Shown piece after piece: positions 26,312 through 32,000 of a stretch of DNA of 32,000 bases. Positions within the stretch are counted from its first letter, which is position 1; the number at the start of each line of letters is the position of its first letter. The notes under the pieces were generated by a model. That model saw nothing but the letters and a program-made list of their open reading frames with translations, had not been told where the DNA came from and did not search any database. The position numbers and the translations under genes were made by a program. Location: contig NZ_CP019384.1 of NCBI RefSeq assembly GCF_004102945.1, positions 270,001-302,000 of the forward strand. The letters run 5' to 3'. Source of the stretch: Candidatus Velamenicoccus archaeovorus. Lineage in GTDB: Bacteria; Omnitrophota; Gorgyraeia; Velamenicoccales; Velamenicoccaceae.

Positions 26312-27850
26312 ATGGACAAGCTGATTATCTTCGATACAACGTTACGCGACGGCGAACAGGCGCCCGGCGCGACGCTCAACGAGCGCGAGAAGATCGAGAT
26401 CGCGCGCCAGTTGGTCACGCTCGGCGTCGACGTCATCGAAGCGGGATTTCCCATATCTTCGCCGGGGGATTTCCGCGCCGTGAACCGCATCGCTTCAACG
26501 GTCAAGGGGGTCGTGATCTGCGGTTTGGCCCGGGCCGTGACGAAAGATATCGACGCCGCCTACAAGGCGACGAAGCCCGCGCGCGGCGGCGCCAGGATCC
26601 ACGTGTTTCTGGCGACGTCGAAGATCCATATGCAGTACAAGCTCAAGAAAGCCGAAGACGAGATCCTGCGGCTGGCGACGGAGTCCGTCAAATACGCCAA
26701 GAAATACACCAGAGATGTCGAGTTTTCCCCGGAGGACGCCTCCCGCACGGAACCGGAATTCTTGTTCCGCGTGCTGGAGGCCGTCATCAAGGCCGGGGCC
26801 ACGACCGTCAACATCCCGGACACCGTCGGTTACGCCTATCCGGCGGAATACGGCGCCTTGATCCGCTCGATCCACGAGCGCGTGCCGAACATCCATCGCG
26901 CGGTCATCTCCGTCCATTGTCATAATGACCTGGGGCTGGCCGTGGCCAATTCTCTGGAGGCGGTGAAGTCCGGCGCCCGCCAGGTGGAGTGCACGATCAA
27001 CGGCATCGGCGAACGCGCAGGCAACGCGTCGATGGAAGAGATCGTCATGGCGGTCAAGACCCGCCGCGACAGCTTTCCCCATGTCACGGCCGCCATCAAC
27101 ACACAGGAGATCTACAAGACGTCGCGGCTGGTGAGTAAATTGACCGGTTTTGTGGTCGCGCCCAACAAGGCGATCGTCGGCAACAATGCCTTCCGCCACG
27201 AGTCCGGCATTCACCAGGACGGCGTCATGAAGAAGCGCTCAACGTATGAGATCATCGCGCCCGAGGACGTCGGTTTCACCGGCACGAGCCTTGTTTTGGG
27301 CAAGCACTCGGGCCGCCATGCGTTTGAAAAGCGGCTCGCGGAGATGGGCATCACGGTTTCCGGCGATGAGCTCGTCCGTGCTTTTGAAAAATTCAAGGAA
27401 CTGGCGGACAAGAAAAAGAACGTCTATGAGGAAGACATGGTCTCCCTCATAGAAGATGAGATCAATAAGCCCGCCGAGATCTGGCAGATGGCCGCCGTTT
27501 CCTATGCCAGCGGCACGCATGTGACGCCCAGCGCGACCGTGCGCCTCAAGAAGCAGGGCAGGGGTTTCAGCGTTACCTCGACGGGGGACGGTCCCGTGGA
27601 CGCCTGCTATAAAGCCATCGAGAAGATCACCAGGATCAAAACACGCCTCCTGGATTACAGGATCGAAGCCGTCACATCGGGCAAGGACGCGCTCGGCGAG
27701 GTCGCCGTCCGTGTCCAGTCGGGCAAAAAGATCGCCATGGGCCGCGGTTCCTCCACAGATGTGATCGAGGCTTCTGCCAAAGCGTTCCTGAACGCCGTCA
27801 ATAAGCTTGCCTCCAAGAAAAAAGGCCCGGACGGCACTCTTCCCCTATAA
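26312..27850 (+). CDS. leuA: 2-isopropylmalate synthase
   Basis: [22 protein letters not shown]...[17 protein letters not shown]...plus the C-terminal LeuA dimerisation/regulatory domain. The track start GTG 26300 lies inside the repeat, so I prefer ATG 26312. A citramalate synthase (cimA) alternative cannot be excluded from sequence alone. Confidence 0.88.
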   Translation: MDKLIIFDTTLRDGEQAPGATLNEREKIEIARQLVTLGVDVIEAGFPISSPGDFRAVNRIASTVKGVVICGLARAVTKDIDAAYKATKPARGGARIHVFLATSKIHMQYKLKKAEDEILRLATESVKYAKKYTRDVEFSPEDASRTEPEFLFRVLEAVIKAGATTVNIPDTVGYAYPAEYGALIRSIHERVPNIHRAVISVHCHNDLGLAVANSLEAVKSGARQVECTINGIGERAGNASMEEIVMAVKTRRDSFPHVTAAINTQEIYKTSRLVSKLTGFVVAPNKAIVGNNAFRHESGIHQDGVMKKRSTYEIIAPEDVGFTGTSLVLGKHSGRHAFEKRLAEMGITVSGDELVRAFEKFKELADKKKNVYEEDMVSLIEDEINKPAEIWQMAAVSYASGTHVTPSATVRLKKQGRGFSVTSTGDGPVDACYKAIEKITRIKTRLLDYRIEAVTSGKDALGEVAVRVQSGKKIAMGRGSSTDVIEASAKAFLNAVNKLASKKKGPDGTLPL

Positions 27851-27852
27851 CC

Positions 27853-28704
27853 ATGATGACGGAAACCCGAAAGCTTTACGGTTTAATAGGCTGGCCTGTT
27901 AAACACAGCTATTCGGCTTTCATGCACAATGCCGCCTTTAAGCATTGCGGCATGGATGCTGTCTATGAGCTTTTTGAAGTTGCGCCAAAAGACCTGGATG
28001 TGTTCTTCAAAAAGACGGTTGTTGAGAAGAAGATCAGGGGGTTCAATGTCACCGTGCCCCATAAAGAGGCAGCCTTTTCTTTTTTAAAGCTAGCTGGCGC
28101 TCGTCTTGACGATACCGCACGGCGCATGGGATCCATTAACACGGTACGTTTAGATTCTGATGGGCAGTTTTCTGGTTTTAATACGGATGGTGTAGGCTTT
28201 ATCAGAGATCTAAAAGAGCGCGGGTTTGATGTGAAAGGTAAAAAAGTTGCTTTTTTGGGCGCTGGCGGCGGCGCAAGGGCTTTGGCCGTTGCATTAAGGG
28301 ATGCCGGGGCAGGAGAAGCGCTGGTTTATGATATCGATTCCATGAAAAAGGAAAATTTAACCATTCTTTACGGCAGAGACTTTGCAAGAGGGGCTGCAAC
28401 GATAGAAGAGTTATGGCAAGAGGATGTAAACATTATCATCAACGCCACGCCCGTCGGCATGAAGCCCGGGGACCCCTTGCTCGTTAAAAAGGAATGGTTG
28501 GGGCCCGGTCTGTTTGTTTATGACTTGATTTACAATCCTGCCGAGACTAAACTATTAACGGCAGCGAAGGCTGCCGGATGTCAGACAGCCAATGGGTCGG
28601 GTATGCTTTTGTATCAAGGGGCATTGGCTTTTGAGCACTGGACAGGGAAGCCGGCGCCAGTTGAAGCGATGCGCCGGGCACTCAAGGAGGCGATGCGTGC
28701 TTGA
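27853..28704 (+). CDS. aroE: Shikimate 5-dehydrogenase
   Basis: LYGLIGWPVKHSYSAFMHNAAF...FNVTVPHKE...NTV...GFNTDGVGF...LGAGGGARA...INATPVGM...DLIYNP...GMLLYQGALAFEHW are canonical AroE motifs. Confidence 0.93.
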   Translation: MMTETRKLYGLIGWPVKHSYSAFMHNAAFKHCGMDAVYELFEVAPKDLDVFFKKTVVEKKIRGFNVTVPHKEAAFSFLKLAGARLDDTARRMGSINTVRLDSDGQFSGFNTDGVGFIRDLKERGFDVKGKKVAFLGAGGGARALAVALRDAGAGEALVYDIDSMKKENLTILYGRDFARGAATIEELWQEDVNIIINATPVGMKPGDPLLVKKEWLGPGLFVYDLIYNPAETKLLTAAKAAGCQTANGSGMLLYQGALAFEHWTGKPAPVEAMRRALKEAMRA

Positions 28705-29479
28705 CGTGACGCAGATGGTATTTGTTTTTCTCTTTGCGGTCTGTATCGGCAGCTTCTTGAACGTCTGCATCTATCGCATGGGCCGCGAAGAGTCCATCAT
28801 CACACCGGCCTCGCATTGCCCGTCCTGCAAACATCTCATCCGCTGGTACGACAATATTCCTTTGGTCAGCTATATCCTGTTGCGCGGGCGATGCCGCGAT
28901 TGCCGCCAGCCAATCCCTTTTCGATATTTTCTGATCGAGCTTTTGACGGGCGTCCTTTTTTTGATGCTGTATCATCGTTTTGGGCTGGGTGTGCCGTTTT
29001 TTGTTTTTGCGGCCTTCGTCTGCGGCCTGATCGTCGCGACGTTCGTGGACATCGATTTCCGTATTATTCCCGACGAGATCAGTATCGGCGGCATTGCCGT
29101 CGGCCTCCTCGCCAGCATCATCTTTCCCCAGATCCACCATGCGGCGACACATTTGTTGGGACTAGGGGCATCGCTCTTGGGGATCGTCGTTGGCGGCGGG
29201 ACGCTGTGGGTCCTCGGTTTGATCGGAGATTTCATTTTTAAAAAAGAGTCCATGGGCGGCGGGGACATCAAGCTTTTGGCGATGGTCGGCTCATTTTTGG
29301 GATGGCAGGCGGCCCTTCTGGCCCTTCCTTTGGCGTCTCTTTTTGGCGCCGTGGTCGGCATCATCATCAAACTGAAGACCAAGGAGAGCATGATCGCGTT
29401 CGGGCCGTATCTGGCGCTGGGCGCGTTGTTATGTCTATTCTGGATGGACCGTATCCTGGCATTTTTATTCGGCCTGTAG
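28697..29479 (+). CDS. pilD: Prepilin (type IV) leader peptidase / N-methyltransferase, A24 family
   Basis: Cys-rich CPSCKHLIRWYDNIPLVSYILLRGRCRDC box, catalytic Asp contexts FVDIDFRIIPDE and MGGGDIKLLA, polytopic. I prefer the GTG at 28697, 5 nt after AAGGAGG and overlapping the aroE stop. An alternative ATG is at 28715. The track start at 28592 lies inside aroE. Confidence 0.88.
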   Translation: MLDVTQMVFVFLFAVCIGSFLNVCIYRMGREESIITPASHCPSCKHLIRWYDNIPLVSYILLRGRCRDCRQPIPFRYFLIELLTGVLFLMLYHRFGLGVPFFVFAAFVCGLIVATFVDIDFRIIPDEISIGGIAVGLLASIIFPQIHHAATHLLGLGASLLGIVVGGGTLWVLGLIGDFIFKKESMGGGDIKLLAMVGSFLGWQAALLALPLASLFGAVVGIIIKLKTKESMIAFGPYLALGALLCLFWMDRILAFLFGL

Positions 29480-29491
29480 GTTCTATTATTA

Positions 29492-29520
29492 TTGACTCCT
29501 CGCTTATACACTTGTAAATT
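29492..29520 (+). promoter_or_regulatory. Candidate sigma70 promoter upstream of aroC
   Basis: TTGACT (29492..29497), 17-nt spacer, TAAATT (29515..29520). Confidence 0.35.
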
Positions 29521-29611
29521 TTTCCAGGACGAGTCGGAAAAATTTCCTGCGTAAGCTCGGAGTTGATTTTGCAAGGAAATTACCCATTATTAGCAAAATC
29601 AAGGAGATCAT

Positions 29612-30649
29612 ATGTTGAGATTTTTGACTGCGGGTGAGTCGCACGGCCGTTGCATGGTGGCGATCCTGGAAGGGATGCCGGCCGGCTTGAAGCTGGATTT
29701 AAAAGAGATGAACATGGAGCTCAAGCGCCGCCAGCTGGGTTATGGCCGCGGCGACCGCATGAAGATTGAAGGAGACAACGTCGAGATCCTCTCCGGCGTC
29801 AGGAACGGCCTGACCCTCGGCAGCCCCATAGGGCTTTACGTCAAAAACAACGATTTCCGCATCGATGAATTGATCGCGTTGACCAACCCTAGGCCGGGTC
29901 ATGCGGACCTGGTCGGCTGCCTTAAATACGGCCATCAGGATATCCGTAATGTTTTAGAGAGGGCCAGCGCCCGCGAGACGGTCTGTCGCGTCGCCGTCGG
30001 ATCGGTCTGCAAGCTTTTTTTGAAGGAGTTCGACATTTCGGTCTCAAGCGATGTCGTCATGATCGGCGGCGAGACGGACAAAGAGCGCATGAAGAAGAAG
30101 ATCGACGCCGCGCGCAAGCACCTCGATACGGTGGGGGGCAGCTTTACCGTCACGGCCAAAGGGTTGCCGCCGGGAATCGGCAGTTATGCCGCTGCCGACC
30201 GCCGCCTGAACGCGCTTTTGGCCGGGGCTGTCATGTCGATCCCTGCCATCAAGGCCGTTGAGGTCGGCCTCGGCGTCGCCTATGCGCATGCCTTGGGCTC
30301 CAGGGTGCATGACGCCATTTATTACACGAAAGACAAGGGTTATTTCCGCCGGACGAACCATGCCGGAGGCATCGAAGGCGGCATGACGAACGGCGAACCT
30401 GTGGTTTTGAGATGCACCATGAAGCCGATCGCCACCATCGGCAAGCCCCTGGAATCCGTTGACATCGTGACCAAGAAGGCGGTCAAGGCGGCGGTGGAAC
30501 GCTATGACACCTGCGCCGTGGAAGCGGCGGCGGTGGTCGCGGAGTCTGCCGTCGCCATTGTCCTGGCACAGGCATTTTTGGAAAAATTCGGCGGGGACAG
30601 CATCACGGAGACCAGGAGAAATTACAAAGGATATACGAGGTCTCTATAG
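29612..30649 (+). CDS. aroC: Chorismate synthase
   Basis: MLRFLTAGESHGRCMVAILEGMPAGL...RRQLGYGRGDRM...RPGHADL...RASARETVCRVAVG...HAGGIEGGMTNG are canonical AroC motifs. Confidence 0.95.
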   Translation: MLRFLTAGESHGRCMVAILEGMPAGLKLDLKEMNMELKRRQLGYGRGDRMKIEGDNVEILSGVRNGLTLGSPIGLYVKNNDFRIDELIALTNPRPGHADLVGCLKYGHQDIRNVLERASARETVCRVAVGSVCKLFLKEFDISVSSDVVMIGGETDKERMKKKIDAARKHLDTVGGSFTVTAKGLPPGIGSYAAADRRLNALLAGAVMSIPAIKAVEVGLGVAYAHALGSRVHDAIYYTKDKGYFRRTNHAGGIEGGMTNGEPVVLRCTMKPIATIGKPLESVDIVTKKAVKAAVERYDTCAVEAAAVVAESAVAIVLAQAFLEKFGGDSITETRRNYKGYTRSL

Positions 30650-30680
30650 TCCGCATATCTTCTGTGTTATGAGAAAGTTA

Positions 30681-30713
30681 GGGCCCTGGCGACGCGAGTT
30701 GCCGGGGCCTTTT
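30681..30713 (+). terminator. Candidate intrinsic terminator after aroC
   Basis: gggccctggc gacgcgagt tgccggggcc forms an imperfect GC-rich stem followed by TTTTA. Confidence 0.5.
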
Positions 30714-30780
30714 ATCGTCAGCGGCCCTCTTTGCGCCGGGCTATCGTTTTGCTCCCAAAACCCCATACAGAAGTAAGGAA

Positions 30781-30809
30781 TTGATTGACCATCCTTACCT
30801 TATTATGAT
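30781..30809 (+). promoter_or_regulatory. Candidate sigma70 promoter for aroK-dprA
   Basis: TTGATT (30781..30786), 17-nt spacer, TATGAT (30804..30809), about 77 nt upstream of the aroK ATG. Confidence 0.4.
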
Positions 30810-30885
30810 AAAATTCTTTCACTATGTCGTAGAAGCAGTAACGAAATATTCGGTCCTGTGGTCAAAAGAGGGGCACGGGGGTCAA

Positions 30886-31398
30886 ATGAAAAATATTTAC
30901 CTTGTAGGATTTATGGCTACGGGAAAGACCGCTGTGGCTAAAATTCTGGCCGGCCGCCTGAATTTGAAGCTTGTGGATATGGATGCCGAGATCGAAGCTC
31001 GGGAAAAGATGCCAATCAGCGAAATCTTCCGGCTTAAGGGGGAACCTTATTTCCGCGATCTCGAAAAGGGATTTATCAAGCGCCTGGCGCGCGGGGAAGG
31101 GCAGGCCGTTGCCTGCGGCGGAGGCGTGTTTGTCGACCCCGAGAATATCGGCACGATGAAGAAGAGCGGCGTTGTTATATGCTTGACGTCGAAGCCCGAG
31201 ACGATCCTGCGGCGCACGGCCGCGGATGCCTCGCGTCCTTTGTTGAATGTCGCCGATCCCCAAAAGAAGATTGAGGAGCTTTTAGAGAAACGGCGGCCTT
31301 TTTATGCCCAGGCGCACCACACGATCGACTGCGACGCCTTGAGCGTCGAGGAGAGCGCGCAGGCGGTTTTAAACATTCTTCAGCATGAACGACTTTGA
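30886..31398 (+). CDS. aroK: Shikimate kinase
   Basis: MKNIYLVGFMATGKTAVAKILA (P-loop)...ISEIFRLKGEPYFRDLE...ACGGG. The track ORF begins at 30781, but homology and the promoter position favour the ATG at 30886. Confidence 0.9.
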   Translation: MKNIYLVGFMATGKTAVAKILAGRLNLKLVDMDAEIEAREKMPISEIFRLKGEPYFRDLEKGFIKRLARGEGQAVACGGGVFVDPENIGTMKKSGVVICLTSKPETILRRTAADASRPLLNVADPQKKIEELLEKRRPFYAQAHHTIDCDALSVEESAQAVLNILQHERL

Positions 31399-32000
31399 AG
31401 CCCTTGTATTATTGAATATGGTGAAGGGAATCGGCAGCATCCGTATGCGCAGGCTCCTGGATGCCTTCGGTTCTCCTGTGGATATTTTTAAGGCAGCGCC
31501 CCAGAAATTGGTCGAGGCGGCCGGCCTGACCCCTTTTCTGGCGCGCTTGGTTCTTGCGGCGCCCGGACAGATGGACCCCATTGCCGAGATCCGCAGGGCC
31601 GATGCGCTGGGCATCCGCATCATGAGCATCGCAGACGAGGATTATCCCGCAAGCCTGCGCGCGATCCCGGATCCGCCATGCATTCTTTATGTCAAAGGGG
31701 ATCTTTTGCCGTGTGATGCTAATGCCTTGGCTGTCGTCGGTTCGCGCGGGGCGTCGCTCTACGGCCTTTCGAGCGCGAAGATGTTTGGTTCGCGGCTTTC
31801 CGAATACGGCCTGACGATCGTCTCCGGCCTGGCCCGGGGGATCGATACAGCCGCCCATCGGGCCGCGCTCGATGCCGGCGGCCGGACGATCGCCGTTTTG
31901 GGCAGCGGGTTGGAATGCATTTATCCGCCGGAGAATGAAGGAATGTTTTGCCAGATCGCCCGTGAAGGCGCCGTGGTATCGCAATTCCCTCTGCGCATGC
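31385..32000 (+). CDS. dprA: DNA-processing protein DprA/Smf, C-terminus beyond the window
   Basis: Not in the track because it is open-ended. My translation from ATG 31385 reads MNDFEALVLLNMVKGIGSIRMRRLLDAFGSP...YPASLRAIPDPPCILYVKGDL...AVVGSRGASLYG...IVSGLARGIDTAAHRAALDAGGRTIAVLGSGLECIYPPEN. Overlaps the aroK stop by 14 nt. Confidence 0.88.
   Translation, partial: MNDFEALVLLNMVKGIGSIRMRRLLDAFGSPVDIFKAAPQKLVEAAGLTPFLARLVLAAPGQMDPIAEIRRADALGIRIMSIADEDYPASLRAIPDPPCILYVKGDLLPCDANALAVVGSRGASLYGLSSAKMFGSRLSEYGLTIVSGLARGIDTAAHRAALDAGGRTIAVLGSGLECIYPPENEGMFCQIAREGAVVSQFPLRM

Overview
This 32-kb window is from a moderately GC-rich diderm bacterium and is almost entirely core housekeeping genes, nearly all on the + strand. 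In order: lpxB (partial) and a Gfo/Idh/MocA oxidoreductase (both -), msbA, rpsB-tsf-pyrH-frr, a 1.65-kb non-coding tRNA island (Lys-UUU, Leu-UAG, Gly-GCC), a permease-less PTS regulatory module (ptsN, yvcK-like, ptsH, ptsI), a sugar-phosphate nucleotidyltransferase, the methyl-cycle pair metK-ahcY, a DUF4139-like exported protein, pfkA-fba, ilvD-ilvB-ilvN-ilvC-leuA, aroE-pilD-aroC-aroK, and the 5' part of dprA. I see no defence system, cas genes, transposase, integrase or cluster of unknown proteins, so I cannot support a novel protein-encoded system here. The unusual part is the non-coding DNA. (1) A 3-unit tandem array starts inside the last codons of ahcY. (2) A family of long palindromes (GGCC-GCAACTTATG...CATAAGTTGC-GGCCTCATT, 6 copies) sits exactly on start or stop codons. 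(3) Each tRNA in the island is accompanied by partial copies of itself. (4) A 43-codon upstream ORF re-encodes the PfkA N-terminus with different codons and overlaps the pfkA start. (5) The metK and ahcY leaders each carry a perfect 13-bp stem. (6) aroE is a clear compositional outlier. All repeat and structure calls come from manual reading and alignment. No database search or folding program was run.
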